From an uncultured Rikenellaceae bacterium (GTDB lineage: Bacteria; Bacteroidota; Bacteroidia; Bacteroidales; VadinHA17): a DNA stretch of 64,000 nucleotides. How positions within the stretch are numbered: the stretch's first letter is position 1; every line of letters begins with the position of its first letter. The stretch spans positions 49,869 to 113,868 of the forward strand of contig CAZTJT010000001.1 in NCBI GenBank assembly GCA_964613785.1. The letters are read 5' to 3'. The position numbers and the translations under genes are program-made. Shown here one piece after another: positions 46,051 through 56,373 of this stretch. The notes beneath the pieces were generated by a model. It ran no database searches and was not told the origin of the DNA. It saw only the letters and a list, made by a program, of their open reading frames with translations.

Positions 46051-46977
46051 TCATTTAAAAATAAGATCAAGAATGACAAAAATTGCAAAAAGGATGCTTG
46101 CATAGCCATTTACAGTCTGAAATGCCAGGGTTACCCTTGACAGATCACCAGGTTTTACTACAAGATGCTGGTATGTCAGAAGGGAAGTGAAGATGACTGC
46201 CCCTGCCCAGTAGAGTATCCCTCCATTTCCTGACAGACCTGCAATTACTACCAGAATAAATGTTGCCAGGTGCACTAAGATTGAGATGAAGAGAGCTCTT
46301 TTTTCCCCGACTGATGCCGGGATAGAGTGAAGCCGGTTCTCCCTGTCGAACTCTTCATCAAGCAAGGAATAGATTATGTCAAATCCGCTTACCCAAGTTA
46401 TTACTATAAATGAATATATCAATGGTAAAAGGCTGAATCTTCCGGTAACAGAAATATAGGCCCCCACAGGTGCGAGGCTCAGACCCAGTCCCAGTATAAA
46501 ATGGCATAGCCAGGTAATCCTTTTTGTAAGGCTGTAACCAAGGATTATTGCCAGAGCTACCGGAGCAAGGATCAGGGTAAGCCTGTTGATAAATCCTGCC
46601 GTAATAATAAAAAACAGACTATTGGTTATTACAAAAATCTTTGCGGCTAGAGGACTTATTTTACCTGATGGTATCTCACGATTGACAGTGCGGGGATTAA
46701 GGGTATCAAATCGTCTGTCGGCAAGCCTGTTAAATCCCATAGCTGCATTTCTGGCAAAGACCATTGATAATATTATAAGCAGCAAAAGCCATAGGCTGAA
46801 ATCATAATTATTTTCACTCAATGCGATGAAAAATCCTATAAATGCAAATGGCATTGCAAAGATTGTGTGGCTGAACTTTACAAGCGACAAGTATGTACCA
46901 ATCCTCTTAAGGAAATTGTTCACAATATCAGAGTCGGGTTTTATTTGAGCTTGATTGGAATTATCTGATCTTTGCAT
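46051..46977 (-). CDS. UbiA-family aromatic polyprenyltransferase
   Basis: NRLADRRFD and a second Asp-rich motif (YSLLDEEFD). About 8 TM segments. Confidence 0.8.
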   Translation of the reverse strand: MQRSDNSNQAQIKPDSDIVNNFLKRIGTYLSLVKFSHTIFAMPFAFIGFFIALSENNYDFSLWLLLLIILSMVFARNAAMGFNRLADRRFDTLNPRTVNREIPSGKISPLAAKIFVITNSLFFIITAGFINRLTLILAPVALAIILGYSLTKRITWLCHFILGLGLSLAPVGAYISVTGRFSLLPLIYSFIVITWVSGFDIIYSLLDEEFDRENRLHSIPASVGEKRALFISILVHLATFILVVIAGLSGNGGILYWAGAVIFTSLLTYQHLVVKPGDLSRVTLAFQTVNGYASILFAIFVILDLIFK

Positions 46978-49417
46978 TTAGTTCCTTTTCATACACTCTG
47001 GCAAGATTATTCATAACCTTTTCAATCATCTTGTCGGTCATGGTCTGATGATCGTCCCTGAGGATAAAGCTTACAGCATATGATTTTTTATTTATACCGA
47101 GGCTTTCACTTTCATAAACGTCAAACAAACCAACATCCTTAAGGTTGTTCTTTTCGGTCCTGAACGCAATATCCCTGATCTGTCTAAACCGGATATTGCG
47201 GTCGACAAGAAGGGCAAGATCACGCCTGACGGCAGGATATTTTGGAAGTTCCATAAACGCAACCTTGTTATTTCTGATGAGCTTCAGGATCATCTCCCAG
47301 TCAAGATGACTGTAGTATACATCCTGTCTTATATCAAACCGTGAAAGATAATCGTGTGACAAACTTCCGAACTCTGCAATAAGTCTGTTATTATTAGAAT
47401 AGGCTATTGATTCCGAGAAATATGATTTATTGCTGTCATCCTGGTAAAGCATCTCAGGTTTTATCCCCAGCCTGCTCAGAATCATTTCAGTGGCCGATTT
47501 TATATGGAAAAAATCAGAAGGATTTGTTTTTTGATTCCAGTTCTCTTTGCAGGTACTACCGGTTATAAAAAGGTCAAGTGAAGTTTTTTCAGTGAAATCA
47601 TCCGTTCTGGGAACAAGATGATCCTGACTTTTTCTGAAATAACAGTTTCCGAATTCGTAAAGCCTGAGATCAGGATTTTGTCTGTTGATATTCCAGATTA
47701 TGGAATTAAGTCCGCCAAAAAGAAGAGTCTGCCTCATGGCGTTGAGGTCTGAGCTTAGTGGATTGGCCAGCCGTACAATCGTATTACTGTCAAAATCCGG
47801 ATTGTTTTCATACCATGAAGCCGGATTGAGTGAATTGCACATTATTTCTGAAAATCCATTCGCGGTAAGAAAATCTGATATTATGTTTACAGTTTTTTCC
47901 TTATCAGGCTTTTCGATATATGTCAGCGTTGAATTGACATGAGTGCCGATTTCCACATTATTATAACCATATATCCGCATAATTTCTTCAACCACGTCAG
48001 CTTCGTGCTTTACATCGACTTTGTATGCAGGTATCTCAAGCAGAAGAGTATCATCTTCTTCTTCTATTATAGATATTTCGAGGAGATCCAGAATTCTTTT
48101 TATTTTGTTTTTCCCTATATCCTTTCCGATAAGTCTCCGTATATTCTTGTAGCTGACTTCAATAAGAGCGTTCTCTATTTTATGGGGGTATATATCTGTG
48201 ATATCTGATGAAATGTATCCTCCGGCAATATCCCTGATGAGTAATGCTGCCCTTTTAAGGGCCCATGTGGTAATGTTCGGATCGGCGCCTCTCTCAAACC
48301 TGAATGATGCGTCAGTCTGTAATCCGTGTCTTTTTGATGTTTTTCTGATCGTGACAGGATTAAAATATGCACTTTCCAGAAAAACATTCGTTGAGGACGA
48401 TGTGATTCCCGATCTGATGCCACCGAAAACACCTGCAATACACATTCCTTCATTGGTATTGCAGATCATGAGGTCGCGTGATGAAAGTGTTCTTTCAGTT
48501 CCATCAAGCGTAACGAATTTTGTCTTATCGGGAAGGTTTTTTATTATCACCTTTCTGCCTGTTATCTGGTCGGCATCGAAGGCATGTAAAGGCTGTCCGA
48601 TTTCATGCTGAACATAATTTGTGATGTCGACAATGTTGTTTATTGGATTAAGGCCTATTGCCAAAAGTCGGTTTTTCAGCCATTGGGGAGATTCAGCAAC
48701 GCTGACATTACTTATTGTAACTCCTGTATATCTTGGACAGTCAGCGGTGTTTTGAACTACAATTTCGAAAGCGTTATTGCAACTGTCAGGTTTGAAGCCG
48801 TCAACTGAAGGCAACTGAGGCCTGAAAGATTGATCTGTGTTAAGGCTAAGGTAGGCAGCAAGGTCGCGGGCTACCCCGAAATGGGAACCACTGTCAATTC
48901 TGTTGGGAGTCAGACCGATCACAAAAATTGTATCACTTGTCACATTGAAATATTCAGAAGCGGGGGTTCCGGTTTTTGCCCCATTGTCAAGAATAATGAT
49001 TCCTGAATGATCGCTTCCTAAGCCAAGTTCATCCTCAGCACATATCATTCCCTCTGAAATTTCACCTCTAATCTTCGATTTTTTTATTTCTACCTGATTT
49101 TCCCCGATATGTAAAACAGTACCAACGGTTGCAACAGGGACCTTCTGCCCTGCAGCAACGTTTGGGGCACCGCACACGATATGCAGAGGTTCATCACCAC
49201 CAATGTCGACAGTTGTTACAAATAGCTTTTCAGCATTAGGGTGTTTGATGCAGGTAAGCACTTCTCCGACCACAATACCTTTCATTCCACCCTTTATGGG
49301 TTCCCATTCTTCAACAGCTTCAATCTCAAGTCCAATCTCCGTCAGAATTTCAGCTAACCTGTTTGGGGACAGATCTATTCTGAGGTAATCCTTTAACCAG
49401 TTATAAGAAATCTTCAT
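46961..49417 (-). CDS. pheT: phenylalanine--tRNA ligase beta subunit
   Basis: The MKISYNWLKDY start is the canonical PheT N-terminus. tRNA-binding, B3/4, B5 and C-terminal FDX-ACB-like regions are present. 818 aa. Confidence 0.9.
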   Translation of the reverse strand: MKISYNWLKDYLRIDLSPNRLAEILTEIGLEIEAVEEWEPIKGGMKGIVVGEVLTCIKHPNAEKLFVTTVDIGGDEPLHIVCGAPNVAAGQKVPVATVGTVLHIGENQVEIKKSKIRGEISEGMICAEDELGLGSDHSGIIILDNGAKTGTPASEYFNVTSDTIFVIGLTPNRIDSGSHFGVARDLAAYLSLNTDQSFRPQLPSVDGFKPDSCNNAFEIVVQNTADCPRYTGVTISNVSVAESPQWLKNRLLAIGLNPINNIVDITNYVQHEIGQPLHAFDADQITGRKVIIKNLPDKTKFVTLDGTERTLSSRDLMICNTNEGMCIAGVFGGIRSGITSSSTNVFLESAYFNPVTIRKTSKRHGLQTDASFRFERGADPNITTWALKRAALLIRDIAGGYISSDITDIYPHKIENALIEVSYKNIRRLIGKDIGKNKIKRILDLLEISIIEEEDDTLLLEIPAYKVDVKHEADVVEEIMRIYGYNNVEIGTHVNSTLTYIEKPDKEKTVNIISDFLTANGFSEIMCNSLNPASWYENNPDFDSNTIVRLANPLSSDLNAMRQTLLFGGLNSIIWNINRQNPDLRLYEFGNCYFRKSQDHLVPRTDDFTEKTSLDLFITGSTCKENWNQKTNPSDFFHIKSATEMILSRLGIKPEMLYQDDSNKSYFSESIAYSNNNRLIAEFGSLSHDYLSRFDIRQDVYYSHLDWEMILKLIRNNKVAFMELPKYPAVRRDLALLVDRNIRFRQIRDIAFRTEKNNLKDVGLFDVYESESLGINKKSYAVSFILRDDHQTMTDKMIEKVMNNLARVYEKELNAKIR

Positions 49418-49444
49418 TAAATGCTACAATAAATATCAGGAATG

Positions 49445-49452
49445 CAAAAGTA
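49445..49452 (-). promoter_or_regulatory. candidate -7 box (TACTTTTG) for pheT
   Basis: The plus strand reads caaaagta, 27 nt upstream of the pheT ATG. Confidence 0.3.
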
Positions 49453-49563
49453 AGCATTTTGGTCAGAGATACTTCAAGTTTTGATAAACTTTAATACGTT
49501 GATTTAAATGTTCCGTTGTTTTACAGATTAATGATATTTTTGGATATGGGAGCTGTATTTACC

Positions 49564-49571
49564 TATATTTG
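49564..49571 (+). promoter_or_regulatory. candidate -7 box (TATATTTG) for surE
   Basis: TAnnTTTG match 21 nt upstream of the ATG at 49593. Confidence 0.3.
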
Positions 49572-49592
49572 TAACTCATATATCTTCGAAAA

Positions 49593-50375
49593 ATGGTGGT
49601 TGAAAAAGGTGACCGGTTGATTCTGCTTACAAATGATGATGGGCTTTATGCATCAGGATTACGTACCCTTCTCGATGTTATGGAAGAGTTTGGGAAGGTG
49701 GTTCTTGTATCTACTGTTGAAAGCATGTCAGGAATGTCACAGGCAATGACTGTGAAGACTCCATTACGGGTAAAACTCCTTGAAGAAACCGACAGAAGGA
49801 AGGTCTATGCCTGTAACGGGACTCCTACAGACAGTATTAAGTTAGCTGTTAATCAGCTTGTTGATAGAAAACCTGATTGGGTTGTTTCCGGAATCAATCA
49901 TGGAGCGAATACTTCAGTCAGTGTCCTTTATTCGGGTACGATGGCAGCTGCAATTGAAGGATGTCTTTATGGTATACCTTCAGTAGGTTTTTCACTTACA
50001 AGCTTTTCAAAAACGGCTGATTTCTCACCCTGTAAAAAGTTCATACGGATTGTTATGGAGCAGATAGCACGGGAGTCACTGCCTGACGGTATATGTCTTA
50101 ATGTAAACATCCCTGCAATAACTGAGGATCAGATAAAGGGCATCCGTATCTGCCGACAGGCAAAGGGTAACTGGAAGGAAGAATTTGAGAAAAGGAAAGA
50201 TCCCATGGGAAAAACCTATTACTGGCTTACGGGTATGTTTAACAACCATGAGCCCGATGCAAAAGATACTGACGAATGGGCTTTGTCTAACGGTTATGTT
50301 TCGGTTGTGCCAGTTACAGTCGACATGACTGCTTACAGCTACATTGACAGGTTAAAAGAAAGATTCGGTGTATGA
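49593..50375 (+). CDS. surE: 5'/3'-nucleotidase SurE
   Basis: LLTNDDG, GINHGAN and YSGTMAAA motifs. Confidence 0.9.
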   Translation: MVVEKGDRLILLTNDDGLYASGLRTLLDVMEEFGKVVLVSTVESMSGMSQAMTVKTPLRVKLLEETDRRKVYACNGTPTDSIKLAVNQLVDRKPDWVVSGINHGANTSVSVLYSGTMAAAIEGCLYGIPSVGFSLTSFSKTADFSPCKKFIRIVMEQIARESLPDGICLNVNIPAITEDQIKGIRICRQAKGNWKEEFEKRKDPMGKTYYWLTGMFNNHEPDAKDTDEWALSNGYVSVVPVTVDMTAYSYIDRLKERFGV

Positions 50376-50671
50376 CCAGATCAGAGAAATATGATAAAAC
50401 CTTGATTGGTACGACAGCAGGATTCATACTTCCTGTTATTGCAGCATTACTTTTCTGGCTTTTTTCGGGAGATAATCTGAGTTTAGCTGCGTATTTTCGC
50501 AAGATTGTCAAAGCAGATATACTAACCCATATAATATCACTTAGTGTTTTCACCAACCTGGCACTATTTCTGGTTTTCAATCGTCTTGACATGCTAAGGG
50601 CCTCTAAAGGCGTATTGGGAATAACCATTGTCTGGGCAGTTCTGGTTTTTGCAATAAAGTTTCTTGTATGA
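50372..50671 (+). CDS. small membrane protein, unknown function
   Basis: 99 aa with 3 hydrophobic segments. Its start and stop overlap surE and lpxB by 4 nt each, which suggests translational coupling. Confidence 0.55.
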   Translation: MTRSEKYDKTLIGTTAGFILPVIAALLFWLFSGDNLSLAAYFRKIVKADILTHIISLSVFTNLALFLVFNRLDMLRASKGVLGITIVWAVLVFAIKFLV

Positions 50672-51822
50672 AATATTTTATTATAGCAGGTGAGAAATCT
50701 GGTGATCTGCATGGTGCGAATCTTGTCAAAGAACTGCTCAGGGTTGATACGGGGGCTGACATAGAATGCTGGGGTGGCGATAAGATGCAAGCTTCAGGTG
50801 CAAAGCTCTTAATGCATTACCGGAATACAGCCTATATGGGATTTGTGGAAGTATTGAAGAATATCCGGAGCATAAAAAAGAATATCTCATTGTGCAAAAG
50901 TCAGATCATGATTTCAAAGCCTGATTTGATAATACTTATAGATTATCCCGGCTTTAATTTAAGGATTGCGGAATTTGCAAAAAAAAATGGCTTTACAGTA
51001 TTTTATTATATATCGCCCAAATTATGGGCATGGAATGAGAGGAGGGTTGATAAAGTAAGGAGATATGTGGATAGGATGTACATCATTTTCCCTTTCGAGG
51101 TATTATTTTATGAGAAACATAATATCAGGGCTATATTTTGTGGAAATCCTTTGCTTGATGAAACTGAAGGGAAGTTGTCTTCTCTCCCCGGCATACAGGA
51201 GTGCATGAAATCTCTTGGGCTTGAAGATAAGCCTGTTATAGCGCTTCTTGCCGGAAGCAGAAGAAGTGAGATAAAACAGATCCTTCCTCGCATGGTTGAG
51301 ATAATTCCATACTTCGGGGAGTATCAGTTTGTAGTTGCAGGTGTAAATAATATACCCGATGCTTTGTATAAAGAGATAACCAAAGGTTATAATCTAAAGG
51401 TGATAAGAGATAAAACATACGAAATCCTTCATGTTTCTGATGCTGCACTGGTGGCTTCAGGTACTGCCACGCTTGAGGCGGCTCTTTTTAATGTACCGCA
51501 GGTAGTATGCTTCAGGGGCGACTTTTTTTCTATGCTAATCGCATGGATGGTTATCAGGGTTAAGTATATTTCACTTGTCAATCTTATAGCAGGAGAAGAA
51601 ATTGTTAAGGAACTGGTCCAGTATTCTTTGAACAGGAAGAATCTTACGTCGGAACTCAGATTAATTCTAAAGGGAGGTCCGGGAAGGAGCAAAATGCTCG
51701 AAGGTTACAGGAAGGTCAGAAACATTCTAGGCCCCAGGGGAGCCTCGGAAAGAGTAGCAGTGGATATGGTCAGAAGTCTTAAAGAAATGAAAGATAGTAA
51801 AACCAACCCAGTTAACAGGTAA
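50668..51822 (+). CDS. lpxB: lipid-A-disaccharide synthase
   Basis: IIAGEKSGDLHGANL N-terminus and GTATLEAAL motif. Confidence 0.9.
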   Translation: MKYFIIAGEKSGDLHGANLVKELLRVDTGADIECWGGDKMQASGAKLLMHYRNTAYMGFVEVLKNIRSIKKNISLCKSQIMISKPDLIILIDYPGFNLRIAEFAKKNGFTVFYYISPKLWAWNERRVDKVRRYVDRMYIIFPFEVLFYEKHNIRAIFCGNPLLDETEGKLSSLPGIQECMKSLGLEDKPVIALLAGSRRSEIKQILPRMVEIIPYFGEYQFVVAGVNNIPDALYKEITKGYNLKVIRDKTYEILHVSDAALVASGTATLEAALFNVPQVVCFRGDFFSMLIAWMVIRVKYISLVNLIAGEEIVKELVQYSLNRKNLTSELRLILKGGPGRSKMLEGYRKVRNILGPRGASERVAVDMVRSLKEMKDSKTNPVNR

Positions 51823-51904
51823 TTTTTGATAATGATAGTAAAGGTGACCAGTAATAAAAACAGTTAATGATGAATATCTTTCAGGAGACGTATTCCCGGA
51901 TGCA

Positions 51905-53053
51905 ATGAACAGAATTATTCTCTCAATACAGATTTTCTTCATTTTAATTGTTCCAGAGGCAGCAGGCCAGGTCAAAATCCGCCTGTTTGCAGCAAAACAG
52001 GTTAACTGGATTATTTTTGACGTCAGAGAAGGAAGTTACAGGCTTGATACATATGATAATATTACGGTCTCCCTTAATAAGGGAGAGACTGCCATTTTCG
52101 CATTCTATAAAGGGAAGGTGGCTGTTAAGACATCCGGAAGCAAAGGATTTGCATGTGATTCATTGATATTGAACAGTTTGACCGGGAACGATCTTTTTTC
52201 CGTGAGAATTAACGGTGAACCGGTCACTGACCGGATTTATGACGGTGATCTTCAATGCATTCATGATCTTGGGTTTCTGGTGATGATAAACACCTGCAAC
52301 ATCGACAGGTACATTGCCGGTGTTGTCCAGGCGGAAGGCGGATCAGGAAGGTATATAGAGTATTTAAAAACCCAGGCACTTCTTGTGAGGACTTATATGT
52401 ACAGATATTTGAACAGACATGCCATTGACAGGTATAATCTCTGCGATGATACTCATTGCCAGGTTTATATGGGTAATTCACTCAATCCGCTGATAAACAA
52501 GGCAGTTATTGAGACTGCAGGTCAGGTGGTACTTGGACGTGACAGTTTACCTATTATGTCGGCTTTTCATTCTAACTGCGGAGGTGAGACCGAATCTTCA
52601 GAAAATGTATGGCTCTCGGGCCAGCCTTACCTTAAAAAAGTGATAGATCCGTATTGTTCACGATCAAGGAGCGCCAGATGGACAAAAACCATCCCTGTCA
52701 AGTTATGGGAAGATTATTTGCGGAACTCAGGTTGTAATTTTCCTGCCGGAAGTAAACCTGACTTTAGTTATGCGCAGGTTACCCGGCAGAAAAACTATTG
52801 TACAGGTTCTTTTTCACTTCCGTTCACGAAAATAAGAGATGATTTTAACCTGAGGTCTTCTTTTTTTTCTGTTCAACAGGATGGTGACTCTGTGATTCTC
52901 AGGGGAAGAGGTTACGGCCACGGTGTCGGCTTGTGTCAGGAAGGTGCGATGGTGATGGCAGCACGGGGATTTAATTACCGTCAGATATTGCAATTCTACT
53001 ATTCTGATATAATAATATCCGACATTAGAAAAGCCAGAAGTTTGTTACCATAA
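51905..53053 (+). CDS. SpoIID/LytB-domain protein
   Basis: AQALLVRTY, CDDTHCQVY, AFHSNCGGETE and GHGVGLCQEGA motifs. Confidence 0.8.
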   Translation: MNRIILSIQIFFILIVPEAAGQVKIRLFAAKQVNWIIFDVREGSYRLDTYDNITVSLNKGETAIFAFYKGKVAVKTSGSKGFACDSLILNSLTGNDLFSVRINGEPVTDRIYDGDLQCIHDLGFLVMINTCNIDRYIAGVVQAEGGSGRYIEYLKTQALLVRTYMYRYLNRHAIDRYNLCDDTHCQVYMGNSLNPLINKAVIETAGQVVLGRDSLPIMSAFHSNCGGETESSENVWLSGQPYLKKVIDPYCSRSRSARWTKTIPVKLWEDYLRNSGCNFPAGSKPDFSYAQVTRQKNYCTGSFSLPFTKIRDDFNLRSSFFSVQQDGDSVILRGRGYGHGVGLCQEGAMVMAARGFNYRQILQFYYSDIIISDIRKARSLLP

Positions 53054-53099
53054 TGATAAGGAACACAGGATTCTGAAACAGCCCGGGCTTGTCACTATA

Positions 53100-56000
53100 T
53101 CAGACTTCAGGTTTCTCATTACCAAGGCTCCCGACAAAAGCAAATAGCTTCCTGAAAATATTCGTATAAAGAGTAATATACAAAACAAGAGACTCAAGCC
53201 ATATTACAACGATGTTAAAAATGAAGGTGTCAACTTTCAGGTTGAAAATATTTTTATAGGGTGCATAAAAATGAGCTCTTCCATTCTTCAAGACGGGGAC
53301 CATATATCCTGGATCAGCCTTTTGAACGATCTTATCCGGTAATCTGAAGCTTTTTTCAAGGTTGTCGGCATCCAGGATGATTCTCTTTAACTGCTTGTTT
53401 TCATATTGGTTACGTATCTCCAGCAGCTTTTCATTCCCGTACTTATCAAGAAGCTGGACACTGACTGCGTCCTTTGCCGATTTGGCTTCCTTTTGCTGTT
53501 CGGTAAAATACTTTTTCAGAGAAGCAAGATAAGCAACAGCTTGTTTTTCAACATTGCCGAACATTTCATAATTGACAGAATCCTTCCATCTGCCCGGATT
53601 GATCCCTGACATTTCAGCCAGATTATCAAAATGATATCTGAGTCTCTTAAGAGTATTCAGGACACTGGTTCTGTAATCGGTGCTGTCGTGGTAGAGGTTG
53701 AAAACGTAAATTTCTCTGTTCAGTTCATCGATCAGGAAGGATGAATAATAATTATTCTGACTTTCTGCCATATTATACCTGAAAAAATTTCTCTCGTAAT
53801 AATTGTCTCTGAACTGTTTTACAGCCAGAGCCTCAAACGACCAGCGGGCCGTCATTACATCCCCGATTAACGGGACATATTCATGCGCAGAATGACTGCT
53901 AAGATGCAGCTTGTCAAATTTGACAAGGACTCCGCTGAACAATAGCTGCGGAATAACTATAAACGGAATGATTATATAAACAGTAATTACTGAATTCAGG
54001 ACGGAGGAGATATTAAGACCAAGAATATTGCCAAAGCATGATGTTGTGAATAATACAAGCCAGTAACTCAGGGTCATTCCTTTTATTCCCAGGACTGCAT
54101 TCCCGATAATGACGAAGGAAGCGCTTTGTATTGCAGAAAGGATGAACATTATCAAAATTTTGGAATTCAGATAGCTGAACCAGCTCAGGTGCAGGAATGC
54201 TTCTCTTTTAAGGATTTTCCTGTCTTTAATAATCTCTTCAGAGCTTAGCATTAATCCGAAAAACAGCGAGGTTATTACAGCCATGAACAGATATGCAGGG
54301 ATATTGTCATTTTCGCTGAAGCTATAAATGTCACCTTTTGAAGATCGGGTAAAATATGCGAGAAAAAATGCCAGCAATGGAGGTCCCAGCAGGCTAATCA
54401 GTAAATATTGTTTGTTTGAAAGCTTCGATAAGAGGTCGCGGGTGAAAAAGATCAAGGTTTGCTTAAATTTTCCAGGAGTATTGAAATTGCTTTTAGGGAT
54501 TTCTTGTTTTTTAAAGAAATCCCTTTTAATTGTGATTCCGGATTTAATGAATTTATCGGCCCATTCAGCTGGTGTCACTTTTCTTGTACGGGTAGTTTTT
54601 CCATGTTCGTCCACTACTTTTGCTTCAATTATCTGAAGGATCTGGTCGGTATTTATATTACCACATTTTGAACACTGGTCTTCCTTCGGATTTGAGTGGT
54701 TTGTCATAGCCTTAAAATAGGTTATGGCTTCTGACGGATTTCCGAAGAAAACCTGGTATCCTCCCTTGTCAATGATCATTATCTTGTCGAACATTTTATA
54801 GATTTCGGAGGAAGGCTGATGAATGTTAACTACAACAAGTTTTCCCTTGTGAGTCTGACCTTTTAGCAAATTCATTACCACCTCAGAATCAGCAGAAGAT
54901 AAACCAGAGGTAGGTTCGTCCACAAAAAGGATTGTAGGTTCCCGCAGAAGTTCAAGTGCGATATTGATCCTTTTTCGTTGTCCTCCGCTTATCACTTTTT
55001 TAAGTGGATTTCCAACCTTGAGATCTTTTACTTCCTGAAGGTCAAAATCAGCAAGTATTTTATTTGCAGCATCATTTAATTCAGCCTCCGTCAGATTGCT
55101 CAGGCAAAGCTTTGCATTATAGTAAATGTTCTGAAAAACTGTCAGATCTTCAATTAACAGGTCATCCTGGGGAACATAGCCAATTACTCCCTTCAGTGTG
55201 TCTGTGTTCTTCTCATCGTAAATATTGTAACCGTTTATCAGGACTTCTCCACTTTGTGGTTTTAAAGTTCCATTAAGTATACTGAGAGTTGTTGATTTTC
55301 CAACACCACTTCCGCCTATAATACCTATGAGATTTCCTTCTTCTCCATGAAAATTAAGATTCTGAATGCCATTGCTGCTGTTCATGAACCTGAATGATAC
55401 GTTAATTGCATCGAGCGAGATTCTGAAATTTCTCGATGTTTCAGCTATCAATCCACTGATTTCGCTGTAATAAACGGTTTTGATCCCGGCCCCCCTTATC
55501 GTTGAACCCTGATCGAAAATATATGTCTGATCCGGAAAAATGATCTGCCCGTTTAGGTATAGGTCCTCATCCCCATCATACCTCATAATATATGTCAGAG
55601 TAACTGATATTTGCAAAAACGCGATATTCCCTCTTATGTTTGAATCGAAGATGTGTTTTATTGCATGTTGTAAAGGTTCCTTATGGTTGTTTATTATCAA
55701 TATTTTGCTTTTATCTCTGACATTATTTATGTCATATAAAATGAATTCCCTGATATTCATGTATTCATTTTGAGGAATATTAAATGCACTTGCAACGGTA
55801 TCAACAAAATCAAGTTCGGTCTCAGTAATCTCTTCCCCAAATGAAATGAAATCCAACAACTGGACAATTACATAGATTTTTTGCTTTAGGTGCAGTTCAG
55901 TGTTAATCTTTTCACAGATCGCCAGGATTTTTAGTGAATTCAGTGCAACGTGCTTTCTTTCTCTAATGGTTCCTCTTTCTATGTTACCTGAATTGTATTG

Positions 56001-56174
56001 CAAAAGATATACCTCATACGACTCCATGTATCTGTCAACCATTTCCTTGTTGAGATGGCGTTCCAGAAAGAGCTTCACAAGGTCTTTTTTACGGCTTATT
56101 ATACCGATTTCCTCATGAATATCGCTTATTAGTGCAAAAAGACGCACCAATGCATCAATAACTGTTTCACTCAT
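53100..56174 (-). CDS. ABCG-like fused ATPase/permease with long N-terminal extension
   Basis: Walker A GGSGVGKST, signature SGGQRKR, Walker B LFVDEPTSGLS and IHQPSS. An ABC-2-type membrane domain follows. The ~260-aa N-terminal region is TerB-like and a C-terminal extension is present. Confidence 0.8.
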   Translation of the reverse strand: MSETVIDALVRLFALISDIHEEIGIISRKKDLVKLFLERHLNKEMVDRYMESYEVYLLQYNSGNIERGTIRERKHVALNSLKILAICEKINTELHLKQKIYVIVQLLDFISFGEEITETELDFVDTVASAFNIPQNEYMNIREFILYDINNVRDKSKILIINNHKEPLQHAIKHIFDSNIRGNIAFLQISVTLTYIMRYDGDEDLYLNGQIIFPDQTYIFDQGSTIRGAGIKTVYYSEISGLIAETSRNFRISLDAINVSFRFMNSSNGIQNLNFHGEEGNLIGIIGGSGVGKSTTLSILNGTLKPQSGEVLINGYNIYDEKNTDTLKGVIGYVPQDDLLIEDLTVFQNIYYNAKLCLSNLTEAELNDAANKILADFDLQEVKDLKVGNPLKKVISGGQRKRINIALELLREPTILFVDEPTSGLSSADSEVVMNLLKGQTHKGKLVVVNIHQPSSEIYKMFDKIMIIDKGGYQVFFGNPSEAITYFKAMTNHSNPKEDQCSKCGNINTDQILQIIEAKVVDEHGKTTRTRKVTPAEWADKFIKSGITIKRDFFKKQEIPKSNFNTPGKFKQTLIFFTRDLLSKLSNKQYLLISLLGPPLLAFFLAYFTRSSKGDIYSFSENDNIPAYLFMAVITSLFFGLMLSSEEIIKDRKILKREAFLHLSWFSYLNSKILIMFILSAIQSASFVIIGNAVLGIKGMTLSYWLVLFTTSCFGNILGLNISSVLNSVITVYIIIPFIVIPQLLFSGVLVKFDKLHLSSHSAHEYVPLIGDVMTARWSFEALAVKQFRDNYYERNFFRYNMAESQNNYYSSFLIDELNREIYVFNLYHDSTDYRTSVLNTLKRLRYHFDNLAEMSGINPGRWKDSVNYEMFGNVEKQAVAYLASLKKYFTEQQKEAKSAKDAVSVQLLDKYGNEKLLEIRNQYENKQLKRIILDADNLEKSFRLPDKIVQKADPGYMVPVLKNGRAHFYAPYKNIFNLKVDTFIFNIVVIWLESLVLYITLYTNIFRKLFAFVGSLGNEKPEV

Positions 56175-56243
56175 AGTTTAAAAACCAATCAACGGGTCAG
56201 GAATAAAATGCTCTTTGTTAGTCAGAAAAAAGTTTATAAAGAT

Positions 56244-56251
56244 TATATTTG
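56244..56251 (+). promoter_or_regulatory. candidate -7 box (TATATTTG) for the Sia-like operon
   Basis: TAnnTTTG match 122 nt upstream of the ATG at 56374. Confidence 0.25.
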
Positions 56252-56373
56252 TCTAAAACATTTGAAGTTAATATTTTATCATTAATAATAGAAATTTTTG
56301 TTTTATTTCAGCTGATCATTTTCATAATAAGATATTTTGAAAAGGTTTAATTATAAGTGTCATTAGAAGGTAT

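Noticed and set aside
49418-49592. Possible Phe-codon leader or T-box upstream of pheT, by analogy with E. coli pheST attenuation
   Set aside because: A candidate -7 box lies only 27 nt from the ATG. No short Phe-rich ORF, no specifier/T-box sequence and no terminator hairpin are present.
50314-50790. 158-aa minus-strand ORF across the surE / small membrane gene / lpxB junction
   Set aside because: It is antisense to three translationally coupled plus-strand genes and has no recognisable domain.
53080-53089. 10-bp palindrome AGCCCGGGCT between the converging SpoIID and ABC transporter genes, considered as a terminator
   Set aside because: It is too short to form a stable stem-loop (no loop and at most 3-4 bp of stem) and has no U-tract.
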